Assembly (NCBI GenBank): GCA_951406725.2
Contig: OX597823.1
Coordinates: forward strand, 86,614,001-86,678,000
Direction of reading: 5' to 3'
DNA length: 64,000 nucleotides
From: Octopus vulgaris
Taxonomy: Eukaryota
The notes beneath the pieces were generated by a model. It had not been told where the DNA came from, made no database searches, and saw only the letters and a list, made by a program, of their open reading frames with translations. Made by a program: the position numbers and the translations under genes. This document shows, piece after piece, positions 1-13,091 of the stretch. Within the stretch, counting starts at the first letter, position 1; the number at the start of each line of letters is the position of its first letter.

Positions 1-534
1 TTTGTCTTTGTTTTCTGAGTTAAAATTACTCCGAAGTCGACTTTACCTTTTATCTCTTCGGGGGATCAGTCGAGCACTGGATCCGATGTTATCGACTTAC
101 TCATCCCTTCAAAACTGCTGGCTTTGGGCTACGGCCGTAAACATTTTTTCTGCAAAATAGGGGTAGCTTATCAGGCTATATTATTAGCATCATATTGCGT
201 TTGAGAATTTAAAATATTTTATTGTGGTAAAAGAGGCTGCAGAAATCCGAGCTACATGTATTGCGGTGTTCAGTTACATCTCTTTACGTTGTTACGTTGT
301 AAGGCCATCTGTCTCCAGGGTCGAGACAAAACGTAGCTGTAATACACTGAGGTCAAGTCAATAAATTGAACTGCTGCCTTGCAAATCTATTGCTTTCTGT
401 TAATGTAAGAAATTTACATAATTACAGAAAATATATTTTTACATCTTAATTATAAATGTGAATATCATCAATAATTATAAGCGCATCTATAGGGCTCTTG
501 GGTGTACCAATGCTGGAGCCTGGCTCTCTGTCGA

Positions 535-780
535 TCACGTCAACGAGAGTTCGATCAGCTTAACAGTCTTCTCGTGAAATTAACGTAACGTTAACATAGT
601 TCTCAGGGAGATCCAGCGTGACACATTATGTGACATGGTCAGGCTTTTGTTTTACAGGTGGATGGACTAGAGCAACGCGAAGTAAGGTGTCTTGCTCAGG
701 GGCACACAGCGCTGGCGGGAATCGAACTCACGACCTTACGATCGTGAACCAAATACCCTAGACCTTAGACCACGCGCCTT
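535..780 (-). mobile_element. tRNA-derived SINE, family C (C head + C tail), diverged
   Basis: Reverse complement reads aaggcgcgtggtctaaggtctagggtatttggttcacgatcgtaaggtcgtgagttcgattcccgcc (A/B-box-like) and then gtgcccctgagcaagacacc. Matches the complete copy at 39349-39667. Confidence 0.8.
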
Positions 781-782
781 CT

Positions 783-905
<123 letters not shown>

Positions 906-938
906 GTACAGTAGTACCTCGGTTAACGAATGCTTTGA

Positions 939-2400
939 TTTTTTATTGCTGGGGAACACAGATGGGACAACACATTACAAGTGGGGACACAAAGCAAGAG
1001 AAAAAAAGAACAAGGCAACGTGTGAGAACATGAAATGACAATGAAAATGAAAAAGATGCAACGAAGCTACTTGGCCCCACATCCGAGAAACTTCATTTCC
1101 GAGAAACCTCATTTCTTCCTTTAATTTCTTTTGAATCCTGTTCCCTCCTAAATATCTATCCCATAATGCTCCAACAGGTCGTCATAAGTTACAAAGCATG
1201 GCAGCATATTTCTATCCAGCTCCATTTCCCACATCCAATATCCACCTTTGTATTTTGACATTTATTTTTTGTTGTTCCTCTCAAATCAACATGCAACCGA
1301 GCCAACACTTTATGATATCGAATCCCTTTGTTTCTACATTTTAGGATCTTTCCAAGTTATTACCTCACTGCACGAATCGTCATTAGCATTGTCATACATT
1401 AAGACTGTACATTTTTTTGTCTTGGAGGAGGGAGTTTGGGGTTTTGTATGTGCTAACGTTTCCTTTTTTTTTTGTTTTTGTGTCCGTGGGAAAGGGTAGG
1501 TTTGGTGTCTATGGGAAGAGAGTGAGACTGAGAAGATGTGAATGGGGTTGATGCAATTTGGAGGTTCAAATCTATAACATGCCTTCTTCCGTTTTCTTTG
1601 CTTATTGTTTTCCGCAAACTTCTATGACTCGACGTCCTCCTTCACTTCTTCTCTTGGTAATTGTTTCTCCGTTTTTACTGGTTTTCTCCTGGTTCTTCAC
1701 GGTTGATGAAGGGCAGTCCGTTCTGATGTGGCCTACTGTAACCGTCTCCACCATCTTTTCCAGGCTCTCCACCGATCTCTGTATTATCAAATTCAAAGTT
1801 TGGCCTTCCCAATTTAATGCTTCTGACTTAGTGACCTGGAGGACTACTATTTAATTATCGTTACCCAGGAGTATAGTAGCCGCCTCACACTGGAAACTCT
1901 CCCTCCGAGGTATGTGGGTAAAAGAACCACATTTTCCGTTCTTTGCGGGGTTGTTGGGTATTGTTTCGTCTCGGTTGCTTCTACGAGGTGAATCTCTACT
2001 GTGCCGAATCGGTTTCCTCTGGCAAGATATTATATTATATATCTTGCCAGATTGCTTTCAGGGCCTCTTCTATTTTGTCTGTCGACATTGTTTCAATTTT
2101 TCTCACTTCAATTGAATATACTTTGTAAGTAATTGCTTTCTCCTGCATTCGTTTCATGATATCTTGAGGTGTGACAACTTTACATCGCCACCTTCTGTGT
2201 GAAACATCTCATATTTCTTTAAACTTTGTTAAATGTTCCTCTTTGTTTTCTACTTCCGTAACTCTTATTGTCCATTTTTGAAATCAATTTTCTCTAATGC
2301 TTTTACGAGGTCTTCTTCCGAAGAAGACAGCCCCGAAGAGCTATAATCCTCGTATAACCTCATTGGCAACGAGGTGCTTCAAGGCAGCAAAAAAACAGTT
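939..2400 (-). pseudogene. Decayed retroelement ORF1/gag-like remnant with polyadenylation signal
   Basis: Minus-strand fragments include GHIRTDCP (half of a CCHC zinc knuckle, ORF 1602-1796) and SSEEDLVKALEKIDF near 2280-2325. AATAAA plus a short A run on the minus strand at 939-947. Frameshifted; no RT motifs seen. Confidence 0.4.
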
Positions 2401-2522
2401 CATGAAAATATTCAAATGAACACGAACACAAATTTTTCAACGATAAACTACAATTCTTAACTTACAAATGACAACTTCGTTAAACCGATTTTCGAACATC
2501 ACTGATCATGAATAAATCGTGC

Positions 2523-2564
<42 letters not shown>

Positions 2565-2566
<2 letters not shown>

Positions 2567-2970
2567 CTCTTGTACTCTCTTTTACTCTTTTACTTGTTTC
2601 AGTCATTTGACTGCGGCCATGCTGGAGCACCGACTTTAATCGAGCAACTCGACCCCGGGACTTATTCTTTTGTAAGCCCAGTACTTATTCTATCGGTCCC
2701 TTTTGCCGAACCGCTAAGTAACGGGGACATAGACACACCAGCATCGGTTGTCAAGCAATGCTAGGGGGACAAACACACGCATATTTATATATATATATAC
2801 ATACATACGACGGGCTTCTTTCAGTTTCCGTCTACCAAATCCACTCACAAGGCTTTGGTCGGCCCGAGGCTATAGTAGAAGACACTTGCCCAAGGTGCCA
2901 CGCAGTGGGAGTGAACCCGGAACCATGTGGTTGGTAAACAAGCTACTTACCAGACAGCCACTCCTCCGCA
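2565..2970 (-). mobile_element. tRNA-derived CORE-like SINE, family A, full length
   Basis: Head ggagtggctgtctggtaagtagc...ggttccgggttcactccc, then ggcaccttgggcaagtgtcttctactatagcc (CORE-domain-like), an internal TA/TG tract, and tail gactgaaacaagtaaaagagtaaaagag. Sits inside (TA)n. Confidence 0.9.
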
Positions 2971-3668
2971 TTTATATATATATATATATATATAAAGCCT
3001 TTATATATATGTATATAAAGCATGATTTATTCCTGATCAGAGTTCTTCGAAAACCGAGGTACGACTGTATGTACATTGTGGGTGAGTGCGTGCGTATACA
3101 CATACATATACAATGCAGGAGCACACATACGAATAAGCCTATTATCCTAGATGAGAGTGAGAGGGGGGAGGGGTAGAGGGAGAGAGAGAAAAGCAGTCAG
3201 ACAATCTGGCAGCCAGACAGACAGGACAAAGGAGATTCAGAAATTGGCAGAAAGAATCGTAATAGAACGCTGATAGCGAATATGGACGGAATGCATCATG
3301 GCGACAGAAAACAGTCATAGTCAGAGCTTGACTGCACAAAAACTAGATTGCCTTCGCTGGTGTGACATATGGATCAGATAGAATTGACAAGAATTTGTCT
3401 TTTTATAATAATTGATAGCAAGGATTAGGTCTGAGAACATGTATTTAAACTAAAATAATGACAGCGTGAAAGACACATAATAGACATAATAGACGCATAG
3501 AAATTTTTAATTTTACCAAATAATCAATACTTAATGAACATAATAGTTTTTATACCTTTTTGATTGGCTAATAAGTATCTTCTGACTTGTAATTGTGATA
3601 ATCATGTATCTAACTTCATTTTTCTCTATCCATGTCACTGAAGACTACCTGTTTCATTCTAGCAGCTC

Positions 3669-3687
3669 ATTTGCATATTATGCAAAT
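3669..3687. promoter_or_regulatory. Palindromic double octamer (POU-binding) motif
   Basis: ATTTGCAT-att-ATGCAAAT: two perfect octamers in inverted orientation in non-repeat sequence. Function not shown. Confidence 0.3.
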
Positions 3688-3708
3688 ACATTTTTAACGA
3701 TATACCTT

Positions 3709-3751
<43 letters not shown>

Positions 3752-3755
<4 letters not shown>

Positions 3756-3975
3756 CGAGCTGGCAGATACGTTAGCACGCCGGACGAAATGCGTAGTCGT
3801 ATTTCGTGTGCCGTTACGTTCTCAGTTCAAATTCCGCCGAGGTCAACTTTGCTTTTCATCTTTACGGGGTCGATAAATTAAGTACCAGTTATGCCCTGGA
3901 GTCCATATAATCGACTTAATCCGTTTGTCTGTCCTTGTTTGTCCCCTCCGTGTTTAGCGCCTTTTGGGTAGTAAA
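3752..3975 (+). mobile_element. tRNA-derived SINE, family B
   Basis: aaggcgagctggcagatacgttagcacgccggacgaaatgc...gttcaaattccgccgaggtcaactttgcttttcatctttacggggtcgataaattaagtaccag. The central part resembles the Meta/Sauria-SINE-type domain (from memory, unverified). Followed by a minus-strand family C head fragment at 3976-4030. Confidence 0.85.
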
Positions 3976-4028
3976 CTCACGACCTTACGATCATGAGCCG
4001 AATGGCCCTGACCACTAAGCCACGCGCC

Positions 4029-4093
<65 letters not shown>

Positions 4094-4094
4094 G

Positions 4095-4300
4095 TATATT
4101 TAAAAATGCTGCAGAATCATCACAGAAAACTGTCCCTGAGTTTCACGTTCGTGTTCGTCAGAGATTTGTGATCAAGACTTTTGATGTTTTTTGTGACGTC
4201 TTTGCAGCTTTAATAAGAAAAGAAGCATATTACACTACCTTCGGTATTCGAGTACTACATTTTCTCACCTTGTTTCGTATTTATGTTCTTACTCGTGTGT
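4095..4300. mobile_element. Penelope-like terminal-repeat remnant with degenerate hammerhead core
   Basis: Minus strand 4129-4165 reads CTGACGA-acacgaacgt-GAAAC-tcagg. Related fragments at 15617-15680, 56302-56435 and 60620-60680. Confidence 0.5.
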
Positions 4301-4509
4301 TTGTGTGTGTGTGTGTAAATATATATATATATATATATATATTATCTTTTATATTTTGTTTGTTTCAATCAAAGGATTGCAACCAGGTGATTTCATTGTA
4401 CTGCAAATCATCAGCGGGAAGCGTCCCTGTCAACGCATGCCAGTCAAATCTCAAGGTGATTTGCAATGGTTACTAATCTCTTTAGTACAAAATACTATCA
4501 CGGCACTCT

Positions 4510-4856
4510 GTCGGTTTCGACGACGAGTGTTCCAGCTGACCAATCAACGGAACAGTCTGGTCGTGAAATTAACGTGCAAGTGACTTAGCGTAGTTCTCGG
4601 GGGTGGGGGATTCAGCGTGACACAGAGTGGGACAAGGCTTGCCCTTTGAAATACAGGTACACCAGAAACAAGAAGAAAGAGTGAGAGAAGGTTATGGTAA
4701 AAGAATACAGCAGTGTTCGCCGCCACCCACCGCTGGAGCTTCGTAAATCCTTAAGTGTTTTCGCTCAATAATCACTCACAACGCCCTGTCTGGGAATCGA
4801 AATAGTGATTCTATGACCTTGAGTTCGCTGCCATAACCACTGGGCCATTGCACCTC
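4510..4856 (-). mobile_element. Chimeric SINE: family D head/body + family C tail
   Basis: 4675-4856 aligns with 61255-61430. 4510-4665 (gtgaaattaacgtgcaag...cagcgtgacacagagtg) aligns with the tail of 39349-39667. Confidence 0.7.
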
Positions 4857-5031
4857 CACTACACAATACTAATATCCATATATCATCCACAGAGATTAAG
4901 TTACGCATATTTTGCTTGTATCATCAATTACAAAAGTCTATTCTTAACCCCGAGTCAAGTAGGGTGTAATACTATGTAAAGGCTGAAAGAAGAGTAGAGA
5001 GTTATGATTTTTATACTATCGCGGTTTGTTG

Positions 5032-5235
5032 AAGGCGGTAAACTGGCAGAATCGTCAGTAGATCGGACAAAAATGCTTCGAGGCATTTCTTTCACTTTTT
5101 TACGTTCTGGGTTCAAAACCCACCAAGGTCAATTTTGCCTTTCATCTCTTTTGTGTCGATAAAGTAAATCATCAATCATGTACTAAGATCGATAAATCGA
5201 CTTGTCCTCTTCCCTCAAAAATCGTTAGCCTTGAA
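5032..5235 (+). mobile_element. SINE family B, diverged
   Basis: aaggcggtaaactggcagaatcgtcag...gttcaaaacccaccaaggtcaattttgcctttcatctc. Other diverged family B copies at about 1-130(+), 19005-19210(+), 24570-24690(-), 32700-32880(+), 32910-33070(-), 35360-35572(-), 43800-44000(-), 44015-44200(-), 45290-45425(-), 53110-53275(+), 62525-62640(+) and 63293-63428(+). Confidence 0.75.
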
Positions 5236-5979
5236 TCCTGCCATAACCGGTGTCTCTTTCAATGGAATGCGATGATCTCAGCCACTTCTACACCATGGAA
5301 ATCCGCTAATTGTATTTATGAGTCCTGGGGCTCAAGAAAACTAAATTTAAAAACAATCTTCTTGTTATCCAAATACATTAACCATACTGGACGTCGAATA
5401 GTTATTGAGTATTAACAAACATATTTAAAGAGCGTTACAACCACACCCACTATTCTGCACTCTCATTAAATAAGAAACTTGATGCCCAAAAGTCTGTTAC
5501 AGAAACGTGAAAATTGCACGTTGTACATGAATGAAGAAATAAGGGATGATCAGATGTGATCAGTAATGGTTATACGTTTTACTGCAGTGTCAATTCGCAA
5601 ACACATCAAAATACAATGCAGTATAAAGTTTGAATTTAAAATAATATTGTTTGTTAGGTTTTCACTTTTTGTTTCATTTAAGAACAAAAGAAGAGTGACA
5701 GCTGTATACTTTTATTATGTATTATTTTGTATATCGATCAGCTTAGAGAATTGAATGCTGACATAACTGAACAGCTGGAAATAGAGACAATAAAGTAAGA
5801 AGAAAAACTATTGACTTCTATGTATTGTACTGTAACGCTAAATACACAAATAAATTCGCAGTTATTATTGCCGTGTGTAGAAAATCATGAAAAAACAAAC
5901 CTTGTAGAATCGAATCGATAGAGAAACACCCAAATGCACTTATAGATACAAGCTTACACAAGGTTATCTTGTGTCTTGA

Positions 5980-6073
<94 letters not shown>

Positions 6074-6125
6074 ATTTATGTAAGAATGTGTACATATTTA
6101 TATAAACATACATTTATGTATGTAA

Positions 6126-6177
<52 letters not shown>

Positions 6178-6610
6178 ATGTATGTGCTTAATTATACGTG
6201 TGTGTTTATACGCTTGCATCTATATGTATATATGCATATATGCATGTATATGTTTTGTATGCATATATATGTATGCATATGTGTATACATGCTCCTCACG
6301 TCCACACTTTCTTTACACACACCAACACCTTGGATTTCCACAGACCTATATAATATACTTTCCAAGGTGAACACGTCTGCAGACAATCAGAAAACCACGT
6401 AACTGTACACTCAGACCACTTCTGCTATATCCTCTTCTGGACGCAATTGCACCCTTAAAATTCCACATAAATGTTTACCTTCACTTCCTTCTTCCTTCTC
6501 TCATCTCCGACTAGCACTGTATTCTAACCTGGATCCTCACAAGTATCCGGGTTTTTCCATCTTACTGAATTAATCATTTTGTCACAAAATTAGGATTAAT
6601 AAACAGCGAT

Positions 6611-7175
6611 TATTGTCCGGAAAGTTCGTGCCGATTTATAGTAGCTTAACTTTCGACTTATTTTAGAACATGGTTGAGTCCATAAAATAGGATTTGACTA
6701 CACCTACCTTTAGAGCACAGTTTAAGCTATCTTTTCGTGGAAGAAGGTTTATGTTCCTATAACCTGTGTTAATTCTGTAACTCTTTAAAACAGAAGATAA
6801 GAAAGTTCATTTCGGGCACTTGATGCTTTGGAAACCAGACGAAAATTGCTGCAGCTCGGCTGGGATGTGCTACCCCACCCTCCTTATTCACCAGATATTG
6901 CTCCTTCGGATTTCCACTTATTCAGGTCTCTGCAGAATAGTCTTAATGGTAAAAAATTCAATTCCTTGGATGACGTAAAAATATACATTGATGAATTCTT
7001 TGCCATGAATCCACCTCAATTCTGAGAAGAGGGTATTTTCAAGTTAAAGAAAAGATGGAGACGCATTGTGCAACAAAATGGTTGATATTTGATTGATTAA
7101 AAATGTAATGGCAAGTATTTATTGACTTTTTTCTTTCCTTCAAAAATCGGCACGAACTTTCCTGACAAACCAATA
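6611..7175 (+). mobile_element. Non-autonomous, internally deleted mariner element, copy 1
   Basis: TIRs ttgtccggaaagttcgtgccgattt / aaatcggcacgaactttcctgacaaaccaata. Remnant peptide LGWDVLPHPPYSPDIAPSDFHLFRSLQNSL contains the mariner YSPDLAPxD motif. Confidence 0.92.
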
Positions 7176-7439
7176 CCTTTTTTTTTTTTTATCAATACAC
7201 TCTAAGTCAGTATCTTAGTTACACCGTGTTTGCTGCTGCCAATTGCAAGACGAAGCTACTTCATTACGTTACACCACTTACAACTCTTTAAAATGTCATT
7301 AACGTCTCGGCATTGTATTTCGTTTGCGGCAGATATTTTACCAATTATTGGTTTGAAATGTTAGTACATGGTCGGTAATTTCGTGGATGGTGGTAAGTCC
7401 ATTACACCGACCCAAATTACCAACTGGTACATGATGCAA

Positions 7440-7980
7440 GGTTGCTTATGTTTTTAAATGGATTAACGTACTGGTCCCGTCAATTTATAACCATTTAGGT
7501 CAGGAAGGAGTGCTTGAGCGGTTGCAGCATGTCATTGAATCTACTATTTGTTGAGATTTGCTCAGTTCGTCGCGAGCACACATCTGTGTAGTGTTCCAGC
7601 TAGTCCCCATCTCTAAGACATACTTTCTCATCCGCTCTGACCAACATGAGCCGTTGCCCCAGCGGGATCCTGAGAGAAGGGAACACATTACGCAGGTGCA
7701 ACGTCGCCAAACAATCTCAGCTGGTACTCCTGAATCTTACAAGTAACAGGACACATTTTAGTTTCTGAGAATAGTCGTCAGTTGGATACGAAATCCATAA
7801 TACTGCGAAGCATCCTGGTACCAAATGAGCTCAGGCAGCTCCTAGGGGCTCTGGTTAGGGTCCACGTCTTGTAACTATAGAGCAAGGCAGGGAAGACCAG
7901 AGACCGAAAGAACCAAAACTTTGCCTTCCTGCTTAGATACCGGCAGTGCCGAGAAGTGAAAGAATACGAAGGCACTACCT
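7440..7980 (-). mobile_element. RTE-clade LINE 3' remnant
   Basis: Minus-strand peptide AKFWFFRSLVFPALLYSYKTWTLT...SFGTRMLRSI matches the RTE post-RT motif (LLYGxETWTL). Followed by a decayed C-terminal segment (SCWSERMRKYVLEMG). Confidence 0.75.
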
Positions 7981-8012
7981 GATCCTAACAAACGACGAAG
8001 ATGTCTTCGTCG

Positions 8013-8013
8013 T

Positions 8014-8069
<56 letters not shown>

Positions 8070-8430
8070 CCGAAAGACCGAGAGACGGAGACACAGACAG
8101 ACCGAGAGACCGATAGGCCGACATACCGAGAGACAGACTGACCGACATACCGACAGACACACAGTCAAACACAGAGAGACCGACAGACAGTCCGACAGAC
8201 AGACTGACAGATAGACCGATAGACAAACAGATAGACTGACAGACCGACAGACCCACATACAGACCGAGAGACAGGCAGATAGATAGATAGATAGATAGAT
8301 AGACAGACAGACTGACAGACAGACCGACAGACCGAGAGACCGATAGACGGACAGACCGAAATACCAACAGACAGACAATCAGACCGACAAACAGACCGAC
8401 AAACAGACCGACAGGCAGACATAGACAGAT
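8013..8430. repeat. (GATA)n grading into a degenerate (AGACCGACAGAC)-like 12-mer array
   Basis: Directly visible tetranucleotide-derived array. Confidence 0.9.
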
Positions 8431-8880
8431 TTAAAATTAATATTAATCAAAAGTACTATCTGTGTTTTTACACGAATGAACTACATTTGATCTTAGATCC
8501 GTTCCATTCGAATTGGCCTCATCTTATGAAGATCAATAAACAATTTCCTTCTTAAAAAAGGCATGCGAAATATCTTACACTCATTCACTTAACTTGCAAG
8601 AAGGAGTAGCTATAACCCTCTAGAATAAATTACGCCCATTTTCGAAAATCGAATTGCCGCATCTCGTTGAAAGGATGAATAGACAAAAAGTAAAATACGC
8701 GTGTGAAATTCGACTGGTAACCGCTGTGGCTGCTGCTGTTGCTGCTGCTGCTTTTGCTGCTGCTGCTACTTCTGCTGCCTTCTGCGTTTGTTTTCAGCTT
8801 AAGAGTCACAGAAATAGAAGGAAAAAATTTCCTCTCAAGGGGAGAGAATCGCTGAGAGAGAGAGAGTGAGAGAAATTATA

Positions 8881-9274
8881 TCTCTCTATATATAAAGCTG
8901 AAGTTGTCTGTGTATGGCAGGTTTGGTAGCCTTCAACTAGCACTATCTCCTCCGAGACTCTGCGGCGCAAGTTGACCAAAATTGAAAGTATGATAGAAGA
9001 AGGCTTGCTCTTCCTTTCCTAGAAGAAAAAATTCAAATCGGACCATCTTAACACCAAAAATTATTTACATCAAAATGGTGCTTTTTTTCTATGAAAATCC
9101 CTATTTTTTTACGATTTTTTCACTGCTGTGTCGCCATTTTTCGGTGTATTTCAATCAGAAAAGATGTTCACTTAAAGAGAATAACAAGCTACATAATGCA
9201 AAATTTTTACTTTTTAAAAATTGCAATTCTAAATGGTCGAAACAAACCCGAGCAACGCCGGGCGATACTGCTAG
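8881..9274 (+). mobile_element. Non-autonomous Helitron
   Basis: Starts TC (tctctctatatataaag) after A. Ends with hairpin cccgagc-aac-gccggg about 8 nt before CTAG, followed by T. The A|T insertion site without TSD fits Helitron hallmarks. Confidence 0.85.
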
Positions 9275-10431
9275 TATATATATATACTTATTTTAAATTG
9301 CGAGTAGTTATTTTTATATAAGTTATATTTTGATCGTCCTAGTAGCTGTAAGTAGATGCAAATAAATTTATTTCGCTCTGAATTGGAGCTTGTCAATGCA
9401 CTGCAACTTGGGATAAAACTACATGGTCATCTAAAACATTTAGAAACTATATAAACGATTGAATTTCGTTTTTTTTTAGTATAGTAGAGAAAAGATGTTA
9501 GAGAGAGTGAGTATGAAAACCCCTGAATCACAATTGAAATTACCATTAACACTATATAGAGTACGATATATATTTTCTATTTCTTTTACTATTGACAGTT
9601 AAGGAGAGTTTGAGAGATAGAAAGTCTCTTACGTGTTTAAGAGTCACATTCTGTGAGTGTTTCAGGAGTCTTATTTTATTTCTTCCATGTTTCGCTGGAA
9701 TAAACTGCTCTGACGGTGAATCCCAACAATCAGAATTGTTACCGGACTGCGAAAGATGCTTGGTCCGCACTTGGAAAGATGCTGAGTTCATATGCCTTTC
9801 ATCCTTGCGTATTTGAAAAAATGGCGGAAGTTGAACAATATTATGGGTTGTCATTCAAGTTGTAGATTTCTCCGAAGCCATAAGAATATGCTAAATGACA
9901 TGGCAAAATATAAGTAAATAAATTTTGAGGATGTACGTGTCTCCATATTCACTATCGTTATGATTATTGATTCTGTATACGTATAAGTATAAGTATATAT
10001 AAGTATATATATATGAACCACCCAGCGAACATCCACCATGGGTCATCACATTTGCTTAAGGTAAAAATGAATTCCTCGCTCTTTCGGAAACATCAATCTT
10101 CTGTATTGACCGCTTTCCACCACTTTGATCTGTTTTTTGTATTGAATACGTATCGCCACCGTGGGCCACTGCATCGAACACTTTGAACATATACTTCAAA
10201 CTATATATCAACTATACATGAACTATATATCAACTATACATGAACTCTAAGATGTCTGACTCCGTTGTGTATTATAAATGAATTTCTTGTGTTTGACGGT
10301 ATGAGCTGTCTTTTTTTATATATAACTTTTTTTGATAAAGTTCATTTCAGGAACTGAAACATGTTATAATGTATATATATAAAAATTAAAAATTGTATAA
10401 TACAGCAGCATTTTCGAACTTCATTTTTATA

Positions 10432-10492
<61 letters not shown>

Positions 10493-10619
10493 ATCTCTCC
10501 TCTCCCCCCTCTCCTCCCCCTCTTCTTCCCCTCCCCTTCTCTCCCCCCTCTTCTCCCCCCTCCCCCTCTTCTCCTCACTACACCACACGACTTTACACAT
10601 CACATCATATATGATGTGC

Positions 10620-10960
10620 CATACTAATACATACACCAACTAATACATACTAATACGTACTAATACATACTAATACATACTAATACATACACCAACCCTA
10701 TAAATACACACGTCCAGACCCCTCATACGCACTAATACTCTCTCATACACACACACACACACTCATACATACTAATACGTACTAATACATACTAATAAAT
10801 ACTAATACATACACCAACCCCATACATACGCACGTCCAGACCAATCCTACGCACTAATACTCTCTCATACACACACACACACACACACACACCCTTATAC
10901 ATACTAATACATACACCAACCCTATACATACACACGTCCAGACCCCTCCTACGCACTATT
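10620..10960. repeat. Minisatellite: (TACTAATACA)n plus three ~100-120 bp units
   Basis: Unit atacaccaacccta...cacgtccagaccc...tacgcactaatactctctcatacac occurs at about 10687, 10809 and 10911. Confidence 0.85.
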
Positions 10961-11039
10961 AGCTGGTCCTTCAACCCTATTATCAACACTATTATCTCCC
11001 CTTATTTCGCTCTCGCGTCTCATGTTTGATCTTTGACCT

Positions 11040-11267
11040 CTGGCCGAAATCAGATCGCCATGTTGATTCGTTAGCTACTGCACGCATTTTTTTTCTCTCC
11101 TTCTTTCTGTGTTTTTTTTCTCTCTGTGTATCTTTCTGTTGAAGAGCGTAGGCTCGAAACGTTAAAGACTTGTTTTATTTATATTTCCTGAGCGCCATAC
11201 TAATACAATTGTTCGTTTGTTTTCCACCTGCCTTCGCCTTTTGTCTATTCTCATAAAGCTTCCCGTT

Positions 11268-11270
<3 letters not shown>
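11040..11270 (+). mobile_element. Penelope-like pseudo-LTR remnant
   Basis: Contains the hammerhead motif at 11131-11168 and then ttcctgagcgccatactaatac...ccacctgccttcg. Homologous to 28770-28960(-) and 15075-15272(+). Confidence 0.7.
11131..11168 (+). ncRNA. Minimal type I hammerhead ribozyme motif (A6U core variant)
   Basis: ucuuu-CUGUUGA-A-GAGC-guag-GCUC-GAAAC-GUU-aaaga: stem I ucuuu/aaaga, stem II GAGC/GCUC, palindromic loopless stem III AACGUU. Confidence 0.65.
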
Positions 11271-11317
<47 letters not shown>

Positions 11318-11344
11318 ATATACACACATACACACATACATATA

Positions 11345-11398
<54 letters not shown>

Positions 11399-11434
11399 CA
11401 CATACATATATGCATACACACACACACACGCACG

Positions 11435-11473
<39 letters not shown>

Positions 11474-11499
11474 GCCACAGAAACAGCCTCAGTACTCCC

Positions 11500-12615
11500 A
11501 TGATAGGGCTCCCCATCCAAAAAGATGCCTGCCTCACAGAAAACTCAATGAGGATAAATGAAATACTGAACGAACTGTTCCAAAGTGTGTTTACTATATC
11601 TCTGGGACATAGGCAAGTGAACAACTTACTAGAATTCTTTACCTGTAATCAAAGAGACGAAAATTGATTACATCAACATTAAAGAAGATGTAACACTGGC
11701 CATAGATAGGTTTGACACAAACTGAGCTGCTGGCCCTGGTCGATTCCCAGCAACCCATCTCAAATCGTAGAAATGAACCCTTGCCAAACCACTGCAGCTT
11801 CTTTTTCAGGGTTTTCTTTCATGTGGTAGGCCACCAGACAAACCGAAGGAAGGAATAATATGCCCTACCTTTAAATGAGGAAGCAGAGCAGGTGCTAGAT
11901 ATTATAGGCCTATCTCTCTGACATCACACTTCCGTATAATCTTGGAACGAATAGTCCGCAGAGAACTAATCACATTCATTGAAGAAAATGACGTGCTGTC
12001 TGACACCAAGCATGGATTTCACTAGGTAGAAGCTGCCTGAAACAGTTCTTGCAACATTACAACTGGGTGTTAAAACAGTTGCTAAATAACTCAAAAGTGG
12101 TTGTGATAGGTCTCGACTTTGCAAAGTCGACCATGGTATGATGTGTAACAAACTGTGTGATCTCGGCATAGTAGGAAAACGACTTCCTAAAAGATAGACG
12201 TCAACCAGTGGTGGCCAATGGAGCCACCTTAAAGGAAACACAAATAGTAAATGGTGTTCCACAGGGCACGGTCTTAGGGCTACTGCTATTCGTAGTGGCC
12301 CACTCAGACATGCCCTCAGATAGCCACCCTTGCTAGCTATGCAGATGATAATAAAGTCTCTCAGACAATACGAAATCTTAGAAATATTGCACATCTGCTA
12401 CGGGAGTGAGACGCAATATACAGGTGGACTGAGAGCAACAACATGCAGTTAAATGCAGAAAAATTCCAGGCTCTACGCTACTAGCACATAAAGCTGAACG
12501 ACATGCAGACACGATTCACTGTCCTGAGATGAATTGCAATCGCAGAATCAAAATCACTGCGTGACCAAAAACATTGACGTGAACAACGTTGCGCCTTTCC
12601 ATGTGCATATTACAA
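11500..12615 (+). mobile_element. CR1-clade LINE reverse transcriptase remnant
   Basis: Frameshifted motifs HGF..GRSCLKQ, LDFAK..VDHG, GVPQGTVLGLLLF, SYADD and WTESNNMQLNAEKF. Confidence 0.85.
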
Positions 12616-12665
12616 ATATATATATATACGTAATATATGCGTAAGATATATATATATATATATAT

Positions 12666-12863
12666 ACTCTTTACTTTAACTTGTTTCAGTCATTTGACTG
12701 CAGCCATGCTAGAGCACCGCCTTTAACCGAGTAACTCGACCCCGGGACTTATTCTTTGTAAGCCCAGTACTTATTCTATCGGCTAAGTAACGGGGACATA
12801 AACACACCAGCATCGGTTGTCCATCAATGCTAGGGGTCAAACACAGACACACAAACACACACA

Positions 12864-12928
<65 letters not shown>

Positions 12929-13091
12929 TACGACGGGCTTCTTTCAGTTTCCGTCCACCAAATCCACTCACAAGGCTTTGGTCGGCCCGAGGCTATAGTA
13001 GAAGACACTTGCCCAAGGTGCCACGCTGTGGGACTGAACCCGGAACCATGTGGTTGGTAGACAAGCTACTTACCACACAGCCACTCCTGCG

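Larger units (their letters stand above)
909..3067. mobile_element. Tigger/pogo-type (Tc1/mariner superfamily) TIR element shell with nested insertions
   Basis: Left end cagtagtacctcggttaacgaa (909-930) and reverse complement of right end cagtcgtacctcggttttcgaa (3046-3067) match 19/22. Both ends are flanked by TA (907-908, 3068-3069). The CAGT start is typical of Tigger/pogo. Confidence 0.7.

Noticed and set aside
2748-3176. Recurring peptide RRASFSFRLPNPLTRLWSARGYSRRHLPKVPR in several ORFs
   Set aside because: Antisense translation of SINE family A, not a gene family.
8720-8785. (GCT)n poly-Ala ORF 8654-8869
   Set aside because: Short trinucleotide repeat without supporting splice signals or domain.
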